A DNA stretch of 64,000 bases from Candidatus Woesearchaeota archaeon. GTDB lineage: Archaea > Nanobdellota > Nanobdellia > Woesearchaeales > GCA-2685855. The translations under genes and the position numbers were made by a program. Within the stretch, counting starts at the first letter, position 1; each line of letters starts with the position of its first letter. Under the pieces are notes generated by a model. The model made no database searches and had not been told where the DNA came from. It was given only the letters and a program-made list of their open reading frames with translations. The DNA lies in the NCBI GenBank assembly GCA_002685855.1, contig NYYS01000018.1, positions 12,859-76,858 on the forward strand, written 5' to 3'. This document shows, piece by piece, positions 37,330-46,176 of this stretch.

Positions 37330-38043
37330 TCACAACCTCTTTAACAAAGCAACAACATCTGGAGGAAACAGCTTTGCTCTTTCAATGTTATTATTTGTAA
37401 ACCACCTATGCTTCACCCTAAAAAATATTTTATCCGGTGCAAGCCTTCTTCTCCCCATATATTTAAGCGCTTCCCCTTTTTCAAAAAGCCTAATCTCTTC
37501 CCGTTCCATATTCAAACCAAGAACATCATGCGTCATTAAATATTTAAATAAATTTGCAGTGAGCACAGCTTCATGTGTGGATGGTTGCTCATCAGCCATC
37601 AAATCCACTTTTCCTTTTGTTGTTTTAAACCGAATAAAATCACGTCCCCACAAATTGTGGTTCGATTCACTTTCTGAAAACACGACATACTCTCCGTTAC
37701 CATCCTTAACTACATTGTTGGGTATTCTACTAATCTTATCCCAATGTTTCATAAAATACGTAACTAACATTTTTGAAGAAACTTCATAATCCAAATCCCA
37801 ATCAGAAGAATTAATATCCACTCCAAACTTAAGAATCATAGGGAATCCCTTAATATCAAAATATTTTTTATGCCATATAAAGTGTTTAAACGCTTTTTTT
37901 AATGAGCACCAAACATAAAAACCATGTCCCTGACCAAATCCTGAAGCTCGTTTTGTATTAACACCATTTTTAAAGAAATCATAAAGCCTTTCAAAATTTT
38001 CCCCTGTCCAGGATGTATGATATACATCTTTTCTCATCGTCAA
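37330..38043 (-). CDS. hypothetical protein (237 aa), balanced-composition island
   Basis: ORF only. Composition differs from flanking native genes. Confidence 0.4.
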   Translation of the reverse strand: MTMRKDVYHTSWTGENFERLYDFFKNGVNTKRASGFGQGHGFYVWCSLKKAFKHFIWHKKYFDIKGFPMILKFGVDINSSDWDLDYEVSSKMLVTYFMKHWDKISRIPNNVVKDGNGEYVVFSESESNHNLWGRDFIRFKTTKGKVDLMADEQPSTHEAVLTANLFKYLMTHDVLGLNMEREEIRLFEKGEALKYMGRRRLAPDKIFFRVKHRWFTNNNIERAKLFPPDVVALLKRL

Positions 38044-38150
38044 CTCTAATTAAAAGAGTATAAATACCTTTCGAAAACAACATTTAAGCACCTACCGCAC
38101 CAAAAACTTTATAATATCCTCTATCTAAAACACACAATCGAGGTGAAAAT

Positions 38151-38372
38151 ATGGATAAAGAACTCCTAATCGTCAGCATCGTTGCCATCGTGGCAATTAT
38201 CGGAATGGTATCCCAGGTCATTACAGACACAACAACATCAGACTCCAGCCAGACAGTAAACATCGCCGGACAAGCATATAATATGCCGTCAGAAGGGCAG
38301 GAAGATCCTGCTGGATTTGAAAATATGAATGAAGAAGAATTTCTATTGTTCATAGGGGGGGGAAAAACATAA
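38151..38372 (+). CDS. small membrane protein (73 aa)
   Basis: Single TM 'LLIVSIVAIVAIIGMV'. Short ORF. Confidence 0.3.
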   Translation: MDKELLIVSIVAIVAIIGMVSQVITDTTTSDSSQTVNIAGQAYNMPSEGQEDPAGFENMNEEEFLLFIGGGKT

Positions 38373-38386
38373 TTAAACACTTTATT

Positions 38387-39487
38387 CTATTTTTTTTCCT
38401 TTTCATACTCATCCACAATCATCTGCAACACACGCTTCGCACTCACCGCCTTCTCAATCTCACTCTTAGAAACCAATGCATAATGCTCAATATGAGAAAG
38501 CGCAACCTCAGACTCCTGAACATACACAAAATCCTTCCGACGCACAACACAAGGAGTAATAACTGTTGTCACCAACCCCCGAAGAGAATCCAACACCGAA
38601 CGAGAACACTCAGACGGATTCCGAACAAACAACAAATCCCCCTCACTAATCTTCAAAAAACTCTTAGCCCGAAATTCCCTTTTAGTAAAATTCTCCAACT
38701 TCTTCACTAACACCCCCTTCTTAGAAACAAAACCATACACCTCCCCCAACCGCCTCTCCACCTTTCGAACCTCGCCCTCCCTTGCAGCCAACCGCTTCCG
38801 CAACGCACGAATAGTCTGTTCCTTCTGATGAAACAAACTCTTCTCCTCCAACGGCTTCCTCTTCACCCGCTTCAACAACAACTTATACTTCTTCAACGCC
38901 TTCTTCAATCGCTCATTCTCATCAACCAACGCCTTCATCTCTACATCAACACCACTCCGAATCTGCTTCCCTGTCTTCCTCCGCGGAACACGCACAACCA
39001 TCTCAGCAGGCTTCTTCTCCAACACACGAACACACTCAACCATATTCATCTCAGAATGCTTTACCATAAACCCCTTCAACCGATCCCCCAACTCTTCCTT
39101 CCCAACCCGCACAAGAAACCGATCCACCTTTTCAAACAAACCACGAAACTGCAAAAAAACCACTCGTGCAGCAGCCAACGCATCCCGCTCATGATCATTC
39201 CCATACCTGAGACCCTTGCACAACTCCCTCTTCTCACCAACACCCAAATCACCCTGCAACATAACAACCTTCGCACCAAACGCAGCACCCAAACGACCTA
39301 CAGAAGAAGAAACAACCTTCTTATCTCCACCAACAAGAATCGGCTGCCCAAACGAACAGATCTCAGACACAATATCCGGCTGACTCCAATTCCGCACACT
39401 CTTCACACACACCACCTCCCCCCTAACCGAAAGAAGCGCAAACGCAGAAGTCGTACCCGGATCAAACCCAACAACTAAAGGAATCAT
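38387..39487 (-). CDS. RNase-H-fold DUF460-like protein with C-terminal coiled coil
   Basis: N-terminus 'VVGFDPGTTSAFALL' resembles the archaeal DUF460 / YqgF-like resolvase fold. Lys/Arg/Glu-rich coiled-coil tail. Confidence 0.4.
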   Translation of the reverse strand: MIPLVVGFDPGTTSAFALLSVRGEVVCVKSVRNWSQPDIVSEICSFGQPILVGGDKKVVSSSVGRLGAAFGAKVVMLQGDLGVGEKRELCKGLRYGNDHERDALAAARVVFLQFRGLFEKVDRFLVRVGKEELGDRLKGFMVKHSEMNMVECVRVLEKKPAEMVVRVPRRKTGKQIRSGVDVEMKALVDENERLKKALKKYKLLLKRVKRKPLEEKSLFHQKEQTIRALRKRLAAREGEVRKVERRLGEVYGFVSKKGVLVKKLENFTKREFRAKSFLKISEGDLLFVRNPSECSRSVLDSLRGLVTTVITPCVVRRKDFVYVQESEVALSHIEHYALVSKSEIEKAVSAKRVLQMIVDEYEKEKK

Positions 39488-39524
39488 CTAAACCAAAGAA
39501 CACAAACAAAATATATAAGCCTTC

Positions 39525-40754
39525 CTACCACCCACGATCATTTCCCGTATACTTCATATAACTCTTAAAAATCTCACCGCACAACAACGCATCCGATGCA
39601 GGAATTACCTCGATACGTTTTGGTAAGTTTTCCTGATACACCGTATCAAGAGAAACTAGCCCATCGAGATAGGTTGCCCCGTCTAACTTAGACGGATCAG
39701 GGCAGACCGCATGTGAACACCAACCTTCCACTCGCTTGGCCCCATGTTTCTTAAGATACTGTGCAATCTCATTCTGTGTACCTGCACCAGAGATCATATC
39801 ATCAGGAATCACAAATACATCATACTCCGTTGCACTCTTAAGAATCTCCAGCATCCTTTTTCGACAAAACGATTTAAACCCTTGAATCTCTGCTCTACCT
39901 GCCTCCTGTCGGGGACGCTTCAAAATATACCCAATATCATCGAAATCCAATCCACAATCACGACCAAACCGTTCCACTCGTGTTTCAGCGCCATCATCAG
40001 GAATAATAAGATAGATCCTTCCCTCCTTGTTTTCCGCCTTCCTTCTTTTAAAATACTCAATCCACGGCTGCAGACTTTTCAACACCTCAACCTTCCTATC
40101 TCGAGGAGCATCAACCAAGCCATGTTTCTCTAAATTCACATACTTACTAGGATAAAATGGATTAATTACCTGAAACTCAATCCCCCGATCCCTACACTCA
40201 TCAACGATCTTGGAAGAATGCGGATCAATCGCAGTAATAACATCAATTCCGACATTCTTAAACATAGTAGCCATCAACGAAAGGGAATTCGCATCCTGGA
40301 ATCCCATCTGCTGATACTTCGGAACATTATGAGAACGCAAAAAAGAAAGATAGGGAACTGCCAGCATACGCCGTTCCGGCGGAGCCCTCCCAACAACATC
40401 AAACAACAACAACGTCTCCATCAGATGCGTATTCACAGAAGGATCATCGGTCGGCTCATACATATGCTTCACAACAACAGTATATGTTCCTTTCAAAGAA
40501 TCCAACGTTTCCTGACCCATCTCTATCTGCGGTTCCTTATCTGCAAAACGCCCCACAAAAAAAGGACTCCGTGGACTGCGTGGAATAGAAGGATCCTTCT
40601 TAGGAACCGGAAGTAAGGTCTCAACCCCTTCCATCTCATAGGTATTCCTTAGAATATCTGCAATCCTCTCAGTAAGATCAGAACTCCTCCCACTCCCGGC
40701 CACCAGTACCAAAGGAAGTCTTCTTCTTCTCATAGTTTTTCGCTTAAAGGACAA
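39525..40754 (-). CDS. phosphoribosyltransferase-domain protein (PRPP-synthetase-like)
   Basis: PRTase type I motif 'VFVIPDDMISGAGT' and upstream 'GIDVITAIDPHS' reminiscent of Prs. 409 aa, longer than typical Prs. Confidence 0.4.
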   Translation of the reverse strand: MSFKRKTMRRRRLPLVLVAGSGRSSDLTERIADILRNTYEMEGVETLLPVPKKDPSIPRSPRSPFFVGRFADKEPQIEMGQETLDSLKGTYTVVVKHMYEPTDDPSVNTHLMETLLLFDVVGRAPPERRMLAVPYLSFLRSHNVPKYQQMGFQDANSLSLMATMFKNVGIDVITAIDPHSSKIVDECRDRGIEFQVINPFYPSKYVNLEKHGLVDAPRDRKVEVLKSLQPWIEYFKRRKAENKEGRIYLIIPDDGAETRVERFGRDCGLDFDDIGYILKRPRQEAGRAEIQGFKSFCRKRMLEILKSATEYDVFVIPDDMISGAGTQNEIAQYLKKHGAKRVEGWCSHAVCPDPSKLDGATYLDGLVSLDTVYQENLPKRIEVIPASDALLCGEIFKSYMKYTGNDRGW

Positions 40755-40820
40755 ATGCCCCCTATAAATAGCTTTCTACTCAACATACTAGTATACCTAT
40801 TCTCCATATTTACCAAAACC

Positions 40821-42359
40821 CTATCGATACCGAGAAAGATCCGGCCCAACCTCCTCCTGACCCGCCTGCCTTTTCACATCAGCAGCAACCTTCCTGCCAA
40901 GCAACCCCTCCAACCGGGAAAGAGACACACTCTTCACACCTGCAACATCCTTAATACCACTCCGAAACAACTTCCTTGCTCTTACACGACCAATATTCCG
41001 CAACCGCAACAACCCCAAAAGCTCCTCCTTTGCACCATGCCGCAACCGCGTCCGCAACACCTTCAACTCTTTCAGAATATCATGAAACTTCAACAACACA
41101 CACATCTCCTCAGCCGCATACACCAACCAATCCGCAGCATCCAACTTTGCATGAATCTCCCCCGGACGAACATTCAACGCATTCAATAATTCTTCCTCGC
41201 TCTTCTCATTCATCCACTCATCAAAAAAGAAAGCAGTCTTCACACTATTCAAAAAATCCTCATACTCACTACTATGATCCATCGGCACAGAAGTAATAAA
41301 CACCTCCTCATTCAACCCCACAAGCTCCTCCACCCAATCCAACTCCTTAACACGAACACGCAACAACGGCCGCATCTCCAACGTAGAACTCACCATCTGC
41401 AAAAAACTAAATACATTCCTCTTCTTCCCTGTCGCCCGCTTCAAAGCCTCAATAATCAACTGAGCCGTATACGGATCCAAGTACAACTCACTAACCCTCT
41501 TCCCAACCGGCGTAGCAACAAGAGACCCCTCTTCACCCAGATCAGAAGCAGACACAAACCCATCATCCTTTTTTCCACCCTCAACACGAATAAACTCCCA
41601 CTCCTCCAACTGCTCCAACGTCTTTCCAATCAACCAATGAATCTTTTCACTATCCCCATAACTATGCGCATAAAAAGTACGATCAAAAAAATCCTTCAAA
41701 GCAGACTCAGACAAACAATACTCAGTAGCAATCAACGTCAACACATACGTACGAAACACCGGCTCAACCGCCAACTTCGACAAAATCTCCTCCGGCTCAC
41801 CCTCAACATACCGCTCCCGAATCTCCTTCTTCTGCCCATCAGAAACAGCAATCGTAATCGCCTGCCCCTCAGTCTCCTTCCCCGGCCTCCCCGCCCTCCC
41901 AATCTGCTGATGATACTCCAACACAGGAATCGGACTCATCCCCCACCCCCCACTATACCGTTTCAGATCCCTCACCACAACACGAAACGCAGGAAGATCA
42001 ACACCCATCGCCAAACTCGGAGTCGAACAGATAACATGCAAACGAGAATCCCGAAACCCCTCCTCAATCAACCTCCTCTGAGAACTCGTCAACCCTGAAT
42101 GATGAAACGCAATCCCCCGCTCAACACACTTCGCAAGCCGCTTACACTGCCGCGTAGCAGAACCCACCCCCTTCAACACCTTCTCTGAAAGAACAGCCAG
42201 CTCAGACAGAACAGGAAGCTTCAACGCAATCTGCTCCGCCTGCGACTCAGCACCCCTCCGCGTATTACAAAACACCAACGCCTGCCGATCCTGCTGCACA
42301 GTATCCAAAGCAATATTCAAAACCGCATCCGGCGTTGTCTGGGGAATAGGGATCTTCAT
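40821..42359 (-). CDS. Hel308/Ski2-type helicase, C-terminal portion only (RecA2, WH, ratchet, HhH); N-terminal ATPase domain absent
   Basis: Starts at RecA2 ('QALVFCNTRRGAE'). Motif VI 'QQIGRAGRPG'. C-terminal HhH 'LRLRNIGRVRARKL'. Stop codon 12 codons upstream of the ATG in frame; TATA-like box ~35 nt upstream. Confidence 0.7.
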   Translation of the reverse strand: MKIPIPQTTPDAVLNIALDTVQQDRQALVFCNTRRGAESQAEQIALKLPVLSELAVLSEKVLKGVGSATRQCKRLAKCVERGIAFHHSGLTSSQRRLIEEGFRDSRLHVICSTPSLAMGVDLPAFRVVVRDLKRYSGGWGMSPIPVLEYHQQIGRAGRPGKETEGQAITIAVSDGQKKEIRERYVEGEPEEILSKLAVEPVFRTYVLTLIATEYCLSESALKDFFDRTFYAHSYGDSEKIHWLIGKTLEQLEEWEFIRVEGGKKDDGFVSASDLGEEGSLVATPVGKRVSELYLDPYTAQLIIEALKRATGKKRNVFSFLQMVSSTLEMRPLLRVRVKELDWVEELVGLNEEVFITSVPMDHSSEYEDFLNSVKTAFFFDEWMNEKSEEELLNALNVRPGEIHAKLDAADWLVYAAEEMCVLLKFHDILKELKVLRTRLRHGAKEELLGLLRLRNIGRVRARKLFRSGIKDVAGVKSVSLSRLEGLLGRKVAADVKRQAGQEEVGPDLSRYR

Positions 42360-42424
42360 CGTACAAAACGTTTAAAAAAAGAAAGCAGTTCACCTATAAA
42401 AGATTTGGGTCTGCAGTACAGCAA

Positions 42425-42454
42425 CAGGCTCAAGCCCACTATGGGGCTGTAGTG
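42425..42454 (+). repeat. 30-bp direct repeat copy 1 (includes first 12 nt of tRNA-Pro plus 18 nt of its leader)
   Basis: 'caggctcaagcccactatggggctgtagtg' is exactly repeated at 42516-42545. TATAAAAG box at 42395-42402 precedes copy 1. Confidence 0.6.
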
Positions 42455-42515
42455 GGTAGGCACCTTTCGCTCGCGTTGCTTTAAAGGTGCGCGAAATGCG
42501 TGGGTTTCGCCTATG

Positions 42516-42545
42516 CAGGCTCAAGCCCACTATGGGGCTGTAGTG
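42516..42545 (+). repeat. 30-bp direct repeat copy 2 (functional 5' end of tRNA-Pro)
   Basis: Exact copy. Continues into the full tRNA. Confidence 0.6.
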
Positions 42546-42638
42546 TAGTTTGGAAACACCCCTCCTAACAGAGGATGTTGAACACTATCACTGGTGGTTC
42601 GGGGCCGCCCGACCGGAGTTCGAATCTTCGCAGCCCCA
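42534..42638 (+). tRNA. tRNA-Pro: tRNA-Pro(CGG) with a ~32-nt non-canonical intron between D-arm and anticodon stem
   Basis: Acceptor GGGGCTG/CAGCCCC + discriminator A. D-arm GTGT-AGTTTGGAA-ACAC. Anticodon arm GGTGG-TTCGGGG-CCGCC (U33, anticodon CGG, G37). Variable CGAC. T-arm CGGAG-TTCGAAT-CTTCG. Extra 42560-42592 not accommodated by the cloverleaf. Confidence 0.5.
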
Positions 42639-42745
42639 TTTTTTCAATCTCACATATTCCTAATAATAATCTTTGCAGTCGTAGACAGGATCCAGGTCAT
42701 AATAAAACTAAGAAAATAAGAAAAGAAAAAAAGCAGGAGGAAGTT

Positions 42746-44152
42746 CTATTCAGAATCCACAAGCTTTTGAAAAAACCCTTTGAACGTTATCCAGCCATCT
42801 CCTCCAGATTCAATTTCCCCTCTTCCTTCCCAGACAACAGATTCCCAGGTATGCGTTCGAATGAAGAATCCTCCCCAGCCCTTATAGGTGTGGTTACCAA
42901 TATCCTCCCATTCTCCGTGGGTGCTAAAATCGACATCAGCTCCATTTGTCCAGAGAGTTCCTTCACCATCTCTAACCTCGAAATCTCCTGTTCCTGCAAC
43001 TTCTACTCTTCCCTGTCCCCAGTAGTTTACACCTCCGCTTCCTTCCCTTCGAACTCGTGTCCGATCATAAGAGAGGAACGGGTCGTAAACTACTTCAGGA
43101 GAATGTAATCCGGCTATCCTTTCAGCAATCTCTGAAATATTTTCTGTGTTCCAATAATTTTGCCGAGCATCGACTTCATAAGGCTGATCATTCCAGATTC
43201 CAACCGGGGACCAGATGTTGCTATACCTTATCAGGTGTTTTGTTCCTTGTCTTATCTTATCTCCAACAATAGAAATATCCCTTTCCTCATTATCGAAGAA
43301 ATTACTATAAAAGATAGAAACATTTGAGGAATTCTCAATCAGCAACCCTGTATCCACATCGGTTACAGTCAATTCGCCAATGTCTGCCTCAGGCGCATTT
43401 ATTAGTGCAATACCTGTACTATATATCTGGCCATGTTGTATACGAACTTCTTCAATCTCAATATTTGCTTCATCAGACCACTCATCTGAGTATTCTATCC
43501 ATATGCCGTTAATATCAAAAATTGAAATAAGCACATTATACCCTATTTCTACAAAATCAACGTCCTGTGTGAAAATTCCTGTATCATAATTTTTAATTGT
43601 AAGATGATGAATCTCCATGTTATCTGCATCTCTTATATAAACACCCGTCCCATACCACGCTCCAATGCCATTAATAAGGCCATCATAGATACTAACTTCA
43701 TCAACATCATTGGTCTCGACACCATATCTCACATTTTCAATTTCAACTTCTTCAATCAAGAGAGAGTCAGAATCTAAAACGACAATTCCAGAATTCATAT
43801 TTCCCAAAAAACTATTTTCGAAATAAAGATCATCAACATACTGGGCATCGATTCCTTTTGAAAAATCTTTAAGAATACAATCTTCAATTTCAACATCCTC
43901 AGTGTCTCTGATAAAAAAACCCGTACTTTCATTATCTCCAACTAAAACAGTATCTTCACACTCAATTTCAATATCATGATCTCCTGTCACAAAGATCGCT
44001 TCATTAAGCTCATACTCACCACTACAAAAGTTCGTATCTTCTGTTATAGTCATCCCAGAATAGGGCTCAACACAATCTGCTGAAACAGAAGAAGAAAATA
44101 AAACATTCAAAATAAGTATACAAAACATGCCGAAAAAGAGTCTCTTCATCAT
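42746..44152 (-). CDS. secreted right-handed parallel beta-helix repeat protein (pectate-lyase/NosD-like fold)
   Basis: Signal peptide. Repeated 'D.E.I..C.I....GI' beta-helix rungs ('NVEIHHLTIKNYDTGIF', 'DFVEIGYNVLI'). Balanced composition, flanked by two intron-containing tRNAs. Confidence 0.5.
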   Translation of the reverse strand: MMKRLFFGMFCILILNVLFSSSVSADCVEPYSGMTITEDTNFCSGEYELNEAIFVTGDHDIEIECEDTVLVGDNESTGFFIRDTEDVEIEDCILKDFSKGIDAQYVDDLYFENSFLGNMNSGIVVLDSDSLLIEEVEIENVRYGVETNDVDEVSIYDGLINGIGAWYGTGVYIRDADNMEIHHLTIKNYDTGIFTQDVDFVEIGYNVLISIFDINGIWIEYSDEWSDEANIEIEEVRIQHGQIYSTGIALINAPEADIGELTVTDVDTGLLIENSSNVSIFYSNFFDNEERDISIVGDKIRQGTKHLIRYSNIWSPVGIWNDQPYEVDARQNYWNTENISEIAERIAGLHSPEVVYDPFLSYDRTRVRREGSGGVNYWGQGRVEVAGTGDFEVRDGEGTLWTNGADVDFSTHGEWEDIGNHTYKGWGGFFIRTHTWESVVWEGRGEIESGGDGWITFKGFFQKLVDSE

Positions 44153-44242
44153 TGGGTTCCTCCATTAACTGTTAAACAGTAATAACAGAAATCAGCCAAC
44201 ATATAAAAAGATTTCGTTGGAAACTTTCCGAAAAAGAAAAAT

Positions 44243-44462
44243 ATGGGCCCGCCGTGACTTTCAGCAATCCCTCGCACAAGGGGCTTGAGCTGCAGGCGAA
44301 ACCCCTGCATCTGTTTGAAAGCAGAGCTCTCAAACATGCCAGAAACCTGAATGGTTTCTAAGCATTTGCCCACTTTCTCGCGAGAAAGTGTTTTGAACAC
44401 GGGACCACTCGATCACCGATGGAATTATCAGTCGAGCACTCCACCAGGCTAAGCTACGGGCC
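44243..44462 (-). tRNA. tRNA-Ile: tRNA-Ile(GAU) containing two introns: a 12-nt intron at canonical 37/38 and a ~134-nt intron in the T-arm (between nt ~60 and 64)
   Basis: Minus-strand read: GGGCCCG-TA-GCTT-AGCCTGGTG-GAGT-G-CTCGA-CTGATA[ATTCCATCGGTG]A-TCGAG-TGGTC-CCGTG-TTCAAAA-CAC[~134 nt]..CACGG-CGGGCCC-A. Perfect 7-bp acceptor, 5-bp anticodon stem, T-loop consensus. Mature length 74 nt. Confidence 0.65.
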
Positions 44463-44711
44463 CATACCGTCCCCTGTCGGACTTCCATACAATCTAACGA
44501 TATTCACGTAGCCTGGAGGACTTCACAAAGTGAATGTCCTCTTGTCTTCTTCTACGAGATCTTCGAAAGATCTCTTTTGAACCGACGACCTTGTGGTCTC
44601 TTCACCCTGTTTTCAGGGGTAACAGCCACACGCTCCACCGCTAAGCTAAGGGGACCTGGTTCCGAGAACTATAATCCTTTTTATAAAGCTTACCAAAAAC
44701 ACTCCTCTTTT

Positions 44712-45158
44712 CTATGATACAACCTTCTGTGAAAGCTCAAGCAGCAACTCCTCTCTCTTCTCAAAGAACTCCAACAAATACTGTTTATAATCAAAAGCTA
44801 TGTCCATTTTATCTATCTCCTCTTCAGAAAAATAACCCATATCCTCCCCCTCTCGCAAAGCAATCTCCTCCTTCTCCAAATCTATCAACCCAATAAAAAT
44901 ATGAAATATAAACTCCTTATACGGCGTCTCTTTCCAATACATAATGTGCTCAGGACGAAAACGAATCTCCTCCTTCAACTCCCTTAAAATACATGCTTCA
45001 GGCCTTTCTCCCTCATCAAGTCCCCCTCCAAAAATACTCCAAAATCCCGGGAAAAAAAGTCCTTCCTCTTTTGTTCTCAACTGCAAAAGAACCTTTCCCT
45101 TCCCTCTATGATAGAGAATACATGCACAACCATTCCTCAACTCCATCGATTCTTCCAT
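44712..45158 (-). CDS. NUDIX hydrolase
   Basis: Nudix box 'GGGLDEGERPEACILRELKEEIRF'. Confidence 0.75.
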   Translation of the reverse strand: MEESMELRNGCACILYHRGKGKVLLQLRTKEEGLFFPGFWSIFGGGLDEGERPEACILRELKEEIRFRPEHIMYWKETPYKEFIFHIFIGLIDLEKEEIALREGEDMGYFSEEEIDKMDIAFDYKQYLLEFFEKREELLLELSQKVVS

Positions 45159-45516
45159 TTTTTCCGTGCAAAAACCCTGACTTTAAAATATTTCGCTTTA
45201 TAAACATTCGAAAAAACCCCCTATTTCCGAAGAATTTCCGGTCTTATACCACTTTTCAGGGATGACAGATAGAAAGATTTATAAATAAACATATATTTCT
45301 CAAGGAACATGATGCATCTAGCACCAAAACAGTCAAATTTCAGAAGAGCAGTTCATAAGAACTTCTCAACCCTGAACACAATATCAAAGATTGAAGGAAC
45401 CCAAACAAAAACACCATCCCTTCTCTCTGGCTTACCCCCAACACGTTTCATCTCCCAAAAGATGAAACCAAAACAACAAAAAAAGGGGGCACAGCAATGC
45501 GCTGTGAAAAGCCAGA

Positions 45517-45981
45517 ATGTCAAACCAACACAACTTACATATCATCAAACATTTGCGTAACAATAGCAGAACCACGCTCAAAGAACTTTCTAAACAGACA
45601 GAAATCCCTATTTCCACGCTTTTTGACAAACTCAAGCAATTCCCCTACATCAAACGATTCACCTGTCTTCTAGACTACAAACAGCTCGGATACGACCTCA
45701 GAGTTCTTCTTCTACTCAAAGCACCCTCCTTTAAAAAAGCAGAACTCGAAGAATATCTTCAGTCAAGACCACGCCTCAACACCTTGGTAGAAGTAAGCAA
45801 CGGCTGGGACTACTTTGTAGAGCTCTACTTCAAAAACATCCAGGAATACCACGCATTTCTCAAATCTCTCCGCCTTCAAACAAAATCCTACCATGAAATA
45901 TTTGTCCTGAACGAACTCAAAGAAGAGGCATTCCTTTCAAAAGAGCCCAAAAACCAAAATCAGGCACAGTCAGAAGCATGA
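45517..45981 (+). CDS. Lrp/AsnC-family transcriptional regulator
   Basis: HTH 'SRTTLKELSKQTEIPISTLFDKLK' + RAM-like C-terminal domain; 154 aa. Confidence 0.55.
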   Translation: MSNQHNLHIIKHLRNNSRTTLKELSKQTEIPISTLFDKLKQFPYIKRFTCLLDYKQLGYDLRVLLLLKAPSFKKAELEEYLQSRPRLNTLVEVSNGWDYFVELYFKNIQEYHAFLKSLRLQTKSYHEIFVLNELKEEAFLSKEPKNQNQAQSEA

Positions 45982-46176
45982 TCCTGTCCAAAAACCAGCC
46001 AAAATAGTTTGAAAAAAATTCTTATTATATTATTTAAATATTTATAAACAAAAAAGCGGAATATATAAATACTTTAACATCTTTAAAAAACAGAAAAGGG
46101 GTGGGAACGTAATTTTTTTTATAAATCGTTCTCTAAAAATAAACGTGGAGAGTGAAAACTTTCGCGGGGGTTTAAA

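Noticed and set aside
42443-42533. First copy of the duplicated tRNA-Pro 5' segment as an independent tRNA or split-tRNA half
   Set aside because: Only 12 nt of tRNA-like sequence. The following 80 nt do not give D or anticodon arms. No complementary 3' half was found in the window. Left as part of the duplication finding.
44149-44400. 83-aa minus-strand ORF overlapping the tRNA-Ile 3' exon and large intron (possible intron-encoded protein)
   Set aside because: Starts inside the T-stem and runs through the 3' exon and beyond. No LAGLIDADG/HNH or other homing-endonuclease motif. Composition (FFFFGKF) looks non-coding.
44243-44462. Interpreting the 220-nt structured region as SRP RNA or RNase P RNA
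   Set aside because: The ends form a perfect tRNA acceptor stem with D, anticodon and T arms in canonical order. No SRP Alu/S-domain or RNase P P4 consensus was recognisable. The length fits tRNA plus introns exactly (74 + 12 + 134).
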